Shown: piece after piece, positions 1 through 10,308 of the stretch
How the letters are laid out: each line of letters starts with the position of its first letter
Position numbering within the stretch: the first letter of the stretch is position 1
NCBI GenBank assembly: GCA_010093745.1
Contig: MU006050.1
Location: 1-34,538, forward strand
Length of the DNA stretch: 34,538 nt
Reading direction: 5' to 3'
DNA from: Piedraia hortae CBS 480.64
Taxonomy: Eukaryota
Notes under the pieces: model-generated
The model's input: only the letters and a program-made list of their open reading frames with translations
Told to the model about the DNA's origin: nothing
Database searches by the model: none
Position numbers and translations under genes: made by a program

Positions 1-46
1 GTAGAGATTTGTATGCAGGTACACATCTGCTCACAATTATAATACC

Positions 47-270
47 AATGACGGCTAAATCCCCGATGGCGTTGCTATCCTTATTCAAATGAAGAACGCC
101 CCGCTTGCGATTCTTCAAAGCTTTTCAAAGGCCAACTCTCGTAGCTGGCGCGGATCTTTTGGATGTTTTGAAACGGACGGTGGGGGCTGAGGTCCAACGG
201 CTGGTGGTTCGACAAAGGAGCTTGACCGTCCCGATCGCCACCCTTTGAGTCGCAGAAGTCTGCGAGACAT
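47..270 (-). pseudogene. Frameshifted relic of the 5' end of an NWD NLR paralog
   Basis: Minus strand from ATG at 270 reads MSRRLLRLKGWRSGRSSSFVEPPAVGPQPPPSVSKHPKDPRQLRELAFEKL*. In another frame 88..47 reads LNKDSNAIGDLAVI. These align with the N-terminus of the NLR at 34281 (WRSSR...SVGALLQPTMSKDPRDPHQLRGLALDKL...LNENGHAIEDLTFL). Confidence 0.75.
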
Positions 271-1088
271 TTTGTTGAAGTATTTGGATGGGCATGAAAG
301 TGAGTGGATGGGATACGTTGAACGGGGGCTTTCACTGCCACATCTGCGCAGACTCAGCCCTACAGAGTACAACAATGGCTGCAGTTGCCCGATTCATACT
401 GTGGACTTCAAAGGAACGTGGAGGACGTCCTCAATAGATGTATTATAACGGAGGTACATGGAAACAAGCTATCTCAGTTGGAATCGTATCATGGTTGTTG
501 AACGCCGAATGCAGGGCGGGCGGCATTGCATATAAATGTTTCTTATTTTGGGGTTATGCGGGGCATCCTCGGCCTGATTTGATGGTCGAAAGCGTTGTTA
601 ATTCACACAACAAGCAGACCCTGAGAAGAGCAGCAAGTCTAGCTTATTCATGGCAGTGTGGATGTCGAGTAGAGTGACGATTACTTTTTGTGATATCTTG
701 AATGTTGGCCAGCCTCCGAGAGCCATAGAGGTTTCGTAGACAGGTAGGGGCAAACTATCTATAACCATATCCAGCCTTCATCAGAGAACGGCTTATTCGG
801 TTAAAGTCCGAACATTGCATTAGCTAAGATACGCAACAGCATGCAAGGACTAGAGTGCCAAAACATGGTTATCCTCCTCGATCGACGGCCTGACTGAAAA
901 TCAACTAGGCCGGGCTGTAAACCTTATTTCACTCCCAGTTGAAATGGGAAGTGTGCCGGCCAAGACTCCCGCTCCCCACCTTCCCCCAAACAGCCTAGCC
1001 ACGCTTAGGAGCGGAACTCCGCACATGAATTTTGGCACGGACAAGCAGCGCCTAGCATGTAGGCGCACAGTGCCATCCAGCCTCTGCT

Positions 1089-2328
1089 ATGGCTGTTACT
1101 TTTACTTGCTTATGGCAACCGGTGGCATGCCAGCGCTTGCCGTTGTTGTTCCGCAGCGCTGCCCGACGAGGGTTCTGCAGCGGCAATGGACTGCGGACTG
1201 ACTATGGCTTCATAGGGCTGGGCCAAATGGGTAAGCAAGCACCAAACAGAGTGGACAGAGAAGGAAATTGAACGTGACAGGTTTTCCCATGGCCGTCAAT
1301 CTCGGCCGTCATACGCCAGATGCCGACAAGTTGCACGTTTACGATGTCAACGAAAAGGCCCTCGACTCCATCTCTACAAAGGTTGGAGAGAAGCTGAGGG
1401 TCGAGGAGTCGGTACATGAAGTGGCTAAGAAGTCGGTAAGTTCAGACGTGCTTCCCGCTGCCCTGATGAGATCCATTTTCCTCTTTTATATGACCTAAGT
1501 TGGTGGATGCCTTCTGCATCTATTGCTCTGATTACAAAATTCTAGCCAATCCTCTGAATGCAGCTATGCCAGTTTCTTCCTGCTCTCCTGGATCCCTGCT
1601 GACGAGAGCAGGATGTCATCATCACGGCCCTTCCGGAACCGTCCCACGTCAAGAGCGTCTTTGAACAAATGCTTCACCCGCGGCTGCCTTCCAAGCAGCG
1701 GCTGTTTATCGACTGCAGCACCATAGACCCCATGACATCGCAGGAAGTGGCCAATGAGGTGGACAGCACGGGAAGCGGACGGTTCGTCGACGCGCCCATG
1801 TCGGGAGGCGTCGTTGGGGCGACGAACAAGACGTTGACGTTCATGATTGGGTCAGCGCCGGAGCTGGTGGAGCAGGCGACGGCGGTGCTAAGCATGATGG
1901 GCAAGCGCGTGGTACACCTTGGGCCGCCGACGAGCGGGCTCAAAGCCAAGCTGGCCAACAACTACCTTTTAGCGCTGAACAATATTGCCACAGCCGAAGC
2001 GCTGAACCTGGGTGTCCGGTGGGGGCTAGATGCAAAGAAGCTGTCTGAGATGATTAATACGGCGACAGGCAAATGCTGGCCCAGTGACGTCAACAATCCG
2101 GTGCCATCGGTCGATCCGCGAGCTCCAGCATCGCAGGACTACCGCGGCGGATTTGGAACAAAGCTGATGTTGAAGGATCTGACGCTGGCGCTCAAGGCGG
2201 CCGAAGAGGCAAATGTCGCGCCGCTGCTGGGCGGCCACGCAAAGGATATTTACACGGCTGTTGAGGCGACTGACGGGTGTCAGAACCGAGACTTTTCGGT
2301 CGTGTACAAGTATTTAGAGCTCAGGTAG
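1089..2328 (+). CDS. HIBADH: 3-hydroxyisobutyrate dehydrogenase, mitochondrial; exons 1089-1230, 1281-1435, 1612-2328
   Basis: Spliced product has YGFIGLGQMG-FPMAVNL (NAD-binding), DVIITALPEP, FIDCSTID, DAPMSGG, KLANNY and YRGGFG. Introns 1231-1280 (GTAAGC..CAG) and 1436-1611 (GTAAGT..GCTGAC..CAG) preserve the frame. Arg-rich N-terminus resembles a presequence. Confidence 0.93.
1457..1564 (+). ncRNA. Intronic box C/D snoRNA candidate
   Basis: Terminal stem GCTGC (1457-1461)/GCAGC (1560-1564); box C TGATGA 1464-1469; D' ATGA 1490-1493; internal hairpin GGTGGATGC/GCATCTATT; C' TGATTA 1529-1534; box D CTGA 1554-1557 preceded by AGCCAATCCT. Sits in a 176-nt intron, about three times the length of the other introns. 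Confidence 0.82.
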
Positions 2329-2363
2329 TTTGACTCGTTTCTTGACACAGCTTGGCACGCACA

Positions 2364-3485
2364 ATGAACCATTCAAACTCAAGACACAACATGGCAGCTA
2401 GCAGCAGCAGTGCAAGAGAACGCGATGGAAGCAGTAGGACAAGGGAAAGCGACAGAGGCAGCAGGACGAGGGAGAGCGGTGTGTCTTCCCCACTCTGGAT
2501 CCCGCCGCCGGTAGTGGCTGGCGTGGCCAGCATCAGCCTCCCTACGAAGCGTGAACCGACGGCGGCCGACGTGGAGGCGCAGATCCAACACCTCCTGGAT
2601 GAGCAAGTCGAATGTCTCACGGCGCCGACAGCGACGCATGACATCCGCGACATTCGCACGCACATTTGCGACGCCATGGCGACCCTGGTGCGCATCAAGG
2701 AGACCCAAATCACACAGCTGGGCCGCTCCAGAGAGGCCGATGCAGCTTCACTGACCTATATCGATGGCTTCCTGGCCCAACGAGAGACGCTGGGTGAAGA
2801 GGAGCGGAACTTGGAACTTGAGTCTGTCCAAGACGAGGAGAGGATGGGAAAGCTCCATTCGCACGCGGCAAACCTACAGACACAAATCGATGACATGGAA
2901 GAGGTGTTGGCAAGGTTGAAGGCGGATCACGCGCAGGCCGTGGACGAGATAAAGTGCATCAGGAACGCGTTGCGGACCAGGAACGATACGGTACAGAGAC
3001 AGCGACAGACGCTGGAGAGGAACATCCACACTTATGTGCAGCGGCAGGCGAGCGCATCGGGAAAGAAGTTGCGGTCCCTGGAGGCTCTCCGCGCAGCAAC
3101 TGCAAGGAGCAGAGACGTTTCGCACGGGGCCAGGGAGGAGGCGAAGTTTGAGAGCGACGCGCTGCAGGAGGGCGTTAAGTTCTGGGAGCAGACTGTGAAC
3201 TCCCTGCAGACATTCGAGCGAGCCGTTGCCAGCGCCATCAACTCTGGAACCAACATGGACGCTCTGTTTGAAGACATGATCGGGGAATTAGAAGAAAGGA
3301 TGGAAACAGTCAAGGAGAAGGGATGGAACCTCATGATCTGTGCCATTGGAGCAGAGCTCGAGGCCGTCCGAACAGGCCGCAAGCTGCTTCCTGTTTCGGC
3401 AAGCCTCCTGGATGATCCACCCAGCCGTCTCGTCAGAAGCAGAAGCAATTCAACCGACGACGAACTGGTGTTTTCGAGGCACTAG
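2364..3485 (+). CDS. ATG28: Atg28-like coiled-coil autophagy protein (start 2364 or 2391)
   Basis: Single long ORF with extended coiled coil, QIQHLLDEQ and C-terminal KGWNLMICAIGAELEA, recalled as typical of filamentous-fungal Atg28-family proteins. Confidence 0.72.
   Translation: MNHSNSRHNMAASSSSARERDGSSRTRESDRGSRTRESGVSSPLWIPPPVVAGVASISLPTKREPTAADVEAQIQHLLDEQVECLTAPTATHDIRDIRTHICDAMATLVRIKETQITQLGRSREADAASLTYIDGFLAQRETLGEEERNLELESVQDEERMGKLHSHAANLQTQIDDMEEVLARLKADHAQAVDEIKCIRNALRTRNDTVQRQRQTLERNIHTYVQRQASASGKKLRSLEALRAATARSRDVSHGAREEAKFESDALQEGVKFWEQTVNSLQTFERAVASAINSGTNMDALFEDMIGELEERMETVKEKGWNLMICAIGAELEAVRTGRKLLPVSASLLDDPPSRLVRSRSNSTDDELVFSRH
2406..2480 (+). repeat. Degenerate 24-27 nt coding tandem repeat, about 3 copies
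   Basis: Encodes SSARERDG / SSRTRESDR / GSRTRESG in the Atg28-like N-terminus. Confidence 0.6.
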
Positions 3486-3984
3486 GCCCCCTTTTGCGCC
3501 TTCTCATGCACCCAATCGTTCAGTCCGGCCTTGTTCCGCGCGATTTCAATCGCATAAAACTGGATCCTCAGTGCAAACATGGTCTCCTTCTCGCCGTACT
3601 CCCACTTTGGATTTCGCCTCAGCATCGTGCCAAAATTGTAGTCGTCAATCTTCTCCTCGTACTGCTTGATGAACTCTCGCCACTTCTCTTTGCCCGCCGC
3701 GCTCTTCATGGCGTCTTCGTCTAGTGTGCCGGCCACGTCAATATCGGGAAACTCGCGCTGGAAATGCTCATATATCTCATCGTCGTGCTTGGTTAGCCGC
3801 AGCTTTGACCCGGGAACCTTCTCTAGCAAGCCCCAGTATGTCATCATCTGCTGCACCGCTTTCACGGCAAATTGCTTTTCAATCTGCGCGATAATCGTCA
3901 GTGCAGGCACGGCGCTGCTAGAAGGAGAGCGCCTACTTCTTCTGTGTTTGGCGCATTTTCCACGTCTATCTGGTTAGCAGCCAT
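3482..3984 (-). CDS. PBDC1: PBDC1/YPL225W-like protein, 149 aa; exons 3984-3937 and 3883-3482
   Basis: MAANQIDVENAPNTEE | IEKQFAVKAVQ...LRLTKHDDEIY...KEKWREF...DYNFGTMLR...RIQFYAIEIARNKAGLND. Phase-0 intron 3936-3884 with GTAGGC, CTGAC and CAG. Confidence 0.92.
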
Positions 3985-4585
3985 AGTGTGGTGGGAAGCT
4001 GTGGAAGAAATTGCCGTTGACGTAGTGCCCCGCAGCGGGGTATGTCATGTCTGTTTGAAATTTCCTCCTGGTCAGTCCCCAAGAACAAACAACTTCACCC
4101 TCATCCAAACCTCATGCATTTTACCTCACCTCTACCCTCCCGCTGTCAAGTAACCAACTACATGCATTAATCTTCCTTCCTGGCCTTGATGAGCCCCGAC
4201 AAACGAGCAACCCATGTCATGACAGCAGAAGGATACGTGCGGCAAAGAGAGAAACAGAATGGCAAATGTTGCCGAAGAATGAGTTATGCGGCAGCTGGAC
4301 TATGAGCGTTCGCACCAGCGTGTGTCGTTGGGGCAACAACAAGGACTCTGACTCGATGATCTGCATGGTGGCCTTACACCCATGTCCATGGCTCGTGTCC
4401 CATTTGCATAGTTCATTCCCGCCACATTTGTGTCAACCTTTTATCTCAAGTTTCGCAATGGGCCCAAGTTCATGAGAAAAACACGATAATGAGCGTGATG
4501 AAGAAGCCATTCGACAGTTCTGTGAAGGAGATTGACCTTCCTGACCATCACCCCACCCGAGCTGACCCCACCATCCAACTCCATG

Positions 4586-5025
4586 ACGCAACTCAATTAG
4601 GATGGAATGTTAGCCATCGCCAGGCTAAAGCATCTACGGGAGCTCCGGATTTGGCTGATGAGGTCAGCCTACTTGCAGATGAGCGGCGAGAATCTGCAGA
4701 TTCTTCTTTCTGGCTTACCGGGCTCCGGGAGCCTAGACATCAATTCGTCGGTATATGGCCAAGGGGCAAAAGTCTCCTGGTATGACTATGGAGGCAGTAC
4801 CGCCGACTTGGTCGTTGCTGTCTGAGCAGGGAGTTCACGTTGACGGCATTGGTGAACGAGGAAGGGATCCTTTTGCCGGCTCTTCGGTATATTGCCTTTG
4901 AAAAGGTGGCGATGGAAAGTGAGAGTTTAGACAATGCACAAAGACTTGTGGGCAACATACTGGAAGATCAATTCCCAATATTGGGGGACTGGTGTCAAGA
5001 AAAGCTCAAAACAAGCTTCGAGTAA
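4586..5025 (+). pseudogene. Probable decayed LRR-like (F-box-associated type) coding relic
   Basis: TQLN*DGMLAIARLKHLRELRIW...LQILLSGLPGSGSLDI...*, then in another frame GILLPALRYIAFE. LxxLxxLxL patterns broken by stops and a frame change. Confidence 0.35.
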
Positions 5026-6496
5026 CGATTTGTGTGTGTCGGTTAAATGCGTCAGCGCGAGCTAAATGGATGATAAGAGTGAACGGATGGCTGAAGGAGA
5101 GAAACTAAGAGACGTGAGTATTGCTGTCTTTCAGGGATATTGAAGTTTTTATGCTGCATTCCAAAGTTGTGTCTTAACTGTCGTTTGTACTCTCTTCCTA
5201 GATACGATCATTAATCGTCCACTCACGACACTGCACACTCGGTCCTCTCCCTCTTACTCTTTTAGTAAGAGACAGCCAAAAACGAGGGCCTGCCCTGCCT
5301 GCTAGGTATCGGTGTAACTCCGACTACCGAAGGGCATTCTCCGAACAAACTGGCAAATCCGACAACTTCGACTCCCCCGTCAGTCAGTTAGTCAGATATG
5401 CACGGATCACCGACGCACTCGTCGGCGCTCTATTGTGAAATTAGCGACAGATGTGACATAAGGCAGTGTCTGAAAGGGCCGAAACGGGTCGTTGAGGAAC
5501 AGGCCAATGCCAGAGGATAGGATGGAAATTCAAGAGAGAAGGGGGAGGGCCTTGGACTTCGGGACGCTACTGTCCTTGTTTTAGTTGTGGACAAAATCTT
5601 TGATCACGAGTTGGTGTTTAAATTTGTGCCTGATTGCTGGGTCGACATAATATAGGCGGTTTTGGGTATGTGGAGCCTGGCGATGGAAAAAATGGTCGAA
5701 TTACAGATAGCGTGAAGCGATCCCTTGGGACGAGCGCCATGCTGGGAATCGTATGCTAGTTTATCTGTCATCTGTTGAGCAATTGCGCGAGGTAGATCTC
5801 TCTAATGATTGGCCGTAAACGGTGATTGAAATGGTGCGATCTCGGGAAAGATTCCAGGTCAGTAATAAACACGTGTATTTGGGAGAAGAGGATGTTTGCG
5901 AGTGATGTTAAGGCGTCGAGACTGACATCGGTTAGACGTCGCAAGGTGGGTCCGACAGAGTCTTGGCTGTCACGGACAGGGTCCGTGCTCTCTGTAGTAG
6001 AGGTAGCGCGCCTGGAGGCATCTCCTCGCGCGACAACATAGTTCCAACGCGTACCCTGACATTGGCGGGGTTTTACAATGGATGGAAATGGTTGTTAGAT
6101 CGATAAGCGCCGAACACGTTGGCAATCTTCACACTCAAAAATTAGTTGCGATGCAAACGGCAAAGTTTAAGCTTAGTTTGAGGGTTCGATCCCGGGCTCA
6201 GCTTCTCCGTACTCCGGATGATGCATCTCCACAGTCAAAGCTGTATGAACTTTCTGAAAACAATTTGGAGTGTTTGAGTCCATTTGTGTATGTTATTACG
6301 ATTGTGCTTTTGACGCCTAACTGTACGCGGGCCCTAGCGGCTGCTAGATCTACACGCCGAGGCGTATTATTCGTAACGGTTCGATACAAACACTAAGAGC
6401 GGGGGATTTACAGAACCCATTTAGGAACAAAGCTCATCTGACGTTGACTCGTCATTCTATTACAGTACAGAAGCGAACAACTGGCATCGCAGCAGA

Positions 6497-7499
6497 CTAC
6501 CTTTTCCCCCTTCCTCTCTTGCCACCACGTCCTTTGCGGTTGCCGCCTTTGTTAGGCGCAGCTTTTACTTTCGTGGCGCCGGATTTCGTTTCGGTGGTTT
6601 CATCAGTAGAATCTTCGCCGTCTTCTTGCTTGACATGGACAAAGTCCTCGTCTTCATTGTCGCCGTTTGCTTTAGGACCTCCGTTGGCATGGACAGGCAA
6701 GACTAGATTGGCCATCGAACGAATAGTGGGTGCAGTAGCACCATGATCCTGCTCCGCAATGCCGTGCTCGACAGTTTCATACTCACTCTCGTCAAATACC
6801 TCATCTTCACTGTTTGGGTCAGTGACCTCGCTCTCTTTAGAGGAAGCAGCAGCGTCAGCAGCATCCTTTCTAGCAACCCTTCCAGGCGGGACTTGATCCT
6901 TGGAAACGTTGACAAGTTGTTTCCCATCGGTGCCCTCTTTTCCTTTGGTTGTACCCGCACCACTGCCACCACTACCTCCTGGCCCTCCTTTCTTTTCTTG
7001 ACTTAGGGCCCCCGTGTTATCTTCAGGGTCGCCGCACCTGGCGGGGGATTTGCGGTTGCGCTTCCTCGTGAAATTCGCCATCTCATTGAATTTCTCCTTG
7101 AATGGGTTGAGACGCTCAATTGATTCAACAACGTCATCAAGGTCGTCATCATCTTTATGCTTAACAGCCTTGTCTTTGACAGACGTGGGGGCAGGCTGTC
7201 CACTCTTGCTGCAGTGGATCTGGATCTTCTGCAAGTTCTTGGTCAATATCTTACCTATATCATCCGCCTTCTTCTTCCTCGAGCGCGCAATGGCATTAAT
7301 GTCGACCTAATTCGCAAAGTGTATTAGCGGTGCTGTAGCCATTGCAGTAGAGGAAAGTTGGACGCACCTTCGGGAATACATCCACGAAAAACCAAGCCTG
7401 TTCCATTAGCGCTTCCTCCGCCGGCGTAAACTCCGGCAGAGGGCTCTTGGGTTTGACGGGCTCGTCGGCCGTGGGAGAAGCTCTCTTCGTTGGAGCCAT
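6497..7499 (-). CDS. Hypothetical 313-aa protein with possible divergent Myb-like N-terminal domain and disordered tail; exons 7499-7368 and 7306-6497
   Basis: MAPTKRASP...EFTPAEEALMEQAWFFVDVFPK | VDINAIARSRKKKADDIGKILTKNLQKI. Phase-0 intron 7367-7307 (GTGCGT, GCTAAT, TAG) joins the 249-aa ORF in frame. Acidic tracts, FVHVKQE and basic C-terminus KGRGGKRGRGKR. Confidence 0.75.
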
Positions 7500-10308
7500 G
7501 TTGATGGGAGAGTGTTGCAAGGAAGAGTGGTGACGTACCAAGAAGTATTATGACGCAGAGGTGCAATGGGGGTACATATGAGTGATTCGTTGTCACTAGT
7601 ACCGTTTGCTATTCCCTTTCTCCGTACAAAGGTGCTGGTATTCACTCTCATGTGGACTTTGTTATTCCATTTGGTAACCTCGCAGAAAATGGACAATGTC
7701 GGTGAATGCTGGCAGAGCCTAGAGATCGACACATCCAAGTTGAGCCCTTTGAGGAAGAGCGCGAAGACGTAAGATTAAAACCGTCTCTGTCCAAAATGCA
7801 AAGCTGTCTTTAAGAAGGACAGGGTTTTATACACGCGTTTTCACCGCCTTATCAATGCCTAAAAAGCCGCCACGGAAACCAGACGATCAGGATAATGCCA
7901 TTTTCACCATTATCATTGAGTTGCATGTCTTACTGTCAGAAGAATGTGGTACCCACCATGACCAGAACCATAGATAGAAGTCGAAAATTCTCAGGGTTTT
8001 TACCTCTATAGAGGAAGTTTTCCCTGAGACGGGTCATTGTCTCGTTCGTGCTTAAGGGCATGGTTCGCTGACGTTGTCCTGGAAAATGCGGTTAGAATGA
8101 GGTGGTGTGGGGAAGGTTTCGAACCTCACCTCAGATAGATATAGAAATCTACATTTCACCTTTTTCAGTAAAAGTTGAGTGAAAGCTTTTGTCATTGATA
8201 TCCACTCCACTATAGTCCTCGGAGGTTCACCCCCCTCCGAGAGCACAGCAATTGCTTGCAAAGGCCACAAGCTAAGTGCCGTTACCACCTCGTCAACGGA
8301 GGCTGAATCTCTGGCATGTTGACGCCATCAGCACGGACTAAGACTAGAAATCCATCGCCAAGCCATCAAGTTTACTGTGTGTCGATCGAGGATATGATTG
8401 CCGACGGCCTGACCTAGACACTCCAGACACTCCCCCGCCAGAAATTTGCCCATTTATTCACTATTTCCAGGTGGTCGGGTTTCATCCTGGAATTTTGTGA
8501 CCCTCACTCTTTTTCCCTGTGGGCAGGGATGTTCAACACGATTGCTTGTTGGAATGACGCCATTAAAATGGAGCATAGCCGGGAGTTTGACGCGTGAGGC
8601 GAGTTTCACGGCCAAGAAAACCACTGCACGAATGACACCACCATGCTGCTCTGGAGAGCCAATGCAACACCAAAGTCTCTCCTCGAAGACAGATTCGGAG
8701 ACGAAATTTGACACAACCGAGGGCCATGTCTTGCAGCCCTCCCTCGAATCCGAAGTTCTAACCCCGCCAACTGCTGTGTTTACAGCCCAGTGTTGTTTCG
8801 CTGCAGTAGCCACGCATTTGCAAGCCATGACCGGAGGAAATTATGCCACAAACATCTTCCTATGGCGACGACAAGGTCTCGATAGCCTCCATGGGGCTAG
8901 GCTTCCCGGAGCTGGAGGAGTTAGCATCCACGGCTCTGCTCCATCATCAAGTTTCCCTAAGATGCAACCGTTAGGAACTTGCTCGCCAGTTGAAGAACAT
9001 CAGCGTATGCAATTCTGGGATACCATGACGACAAGCAGTAACTGCAGCCCGAGGGTGATGTCCGGCGGAGAAGAATCTAGACCAAGAGCAGGAACATTAT
9101 GAGATCCTCTCCGAAATCGCGCACTTGAAGATGTCCCTCGTTCCGTTGGGGATGGCTACACCGCTAACTCTTCCGGACTTGAAGACGGCGGCATGGGATG
9201 GGACACCACCAGAAGTCTCCGTGATTTACGCTGTGAAGGTCTCGCGAGTTCATGTCCAAGCGTAGCCGACTAGGCCAGTGACGAGGCTAGGTCAAGAGGA
9301 AGGCTGTGGTCGTGCGATGTTAGTTATTAGCTCAGATGCTTTGTGAAAACACAGTTTCACTGTGGAATCGGTTGAGATCAGTTCAAAGCATGTATGAGAA
9401 TTGAGCTGCTCGACGATGGGCTCGGGGACGACGTCCTGGTGGTGAATAGGACAGAGCTGCGCTACAAGTTCTTGGATATAGTAAAGAAGGAGTCAGGCCA
9501 ATGAAAAAACCCTGCTCATTCTCACAATGGCAAACGGCGATGCAAAACCAGCACTGACAGTAGCAAAAGGGAGAAAGACTGGCAAGACCATTCTGTCGGA
9601 AGACAGTTGTTGCGTAGCGTAATCGTACTGAAGATTGAGTTTTCAACAAAGTTGTATTTTCTGATGTTCAGCAGCGAGCTTATATACAAGTAGCTTCTTT
9701 GTTCAGACAGTCTCAAACATCACTCAATTGCCCCACGTCCTCTTTATTATGCTCTTTGAGCATTCTGCTAAACAGCATTTTTCTTTGTATAGTCTTCGTT
9801 ATCAGACCGAGGTATAGCACTGATACTTCTCAACAACATTCTCTATAATCCTCGCAAGCCACCGATAAACTCCCGCTCAACGTCACATACCTGAGCATCG
9901 CCTGTTATTCATGCGGATGGACGCTGAGCATGAATGACAATATCTGGAGCGGAAAAGCAGAGCATCCCTGGATTAGTGCGGAGACACTCTGGGGGTATAT
10001 ACTGCACAGCTAACCGCATAGCTTGGGAGCTAGCCAACCTGTCACGCAGCAGAAGTCGATCGCTGCATTCGACAGCTAAATCCTGGACATGCTGTTCAGC
10101 ATTGACAAGAAGAGAGGCGGCAGAGTTCCAACACATTGCTTTCCCTGAATCGACTCTTGAGTTTCCGACAGAGCTCGATACTTCAAGATTAAGAGTGATT
10201 CTCTCAAAGCTAGGTTTTCTGGCATAAGTATAACCTCCCAGGAAGAGGTTTCCCTGTGTCTGAGGCGAGATCAATAACATCAAGTAGACAATCGCTATAG
10301 TCCCAACG

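Noticed and set aside
6183..6200. GGTTCGATCCCGGGC resembling a tRNA T-loop
   Set aside because: No D-arm, anticodon arm or acceptor stem could be built upstream.
8104..8219. Minus-strand A-box-like TAGTGGAGTGG and B-box-like GGTTCGAAACC, 76 nt apart
   Set aside because: The acceptor stem does not pair and the T-stem is imperfect; at most a degenerate tRNA or SINE trace, possibly chance.
8446..9102. 218-aa plus-strand ORF
   Set aside because: TTG start, no recognisable motif, no supported splice pattern.
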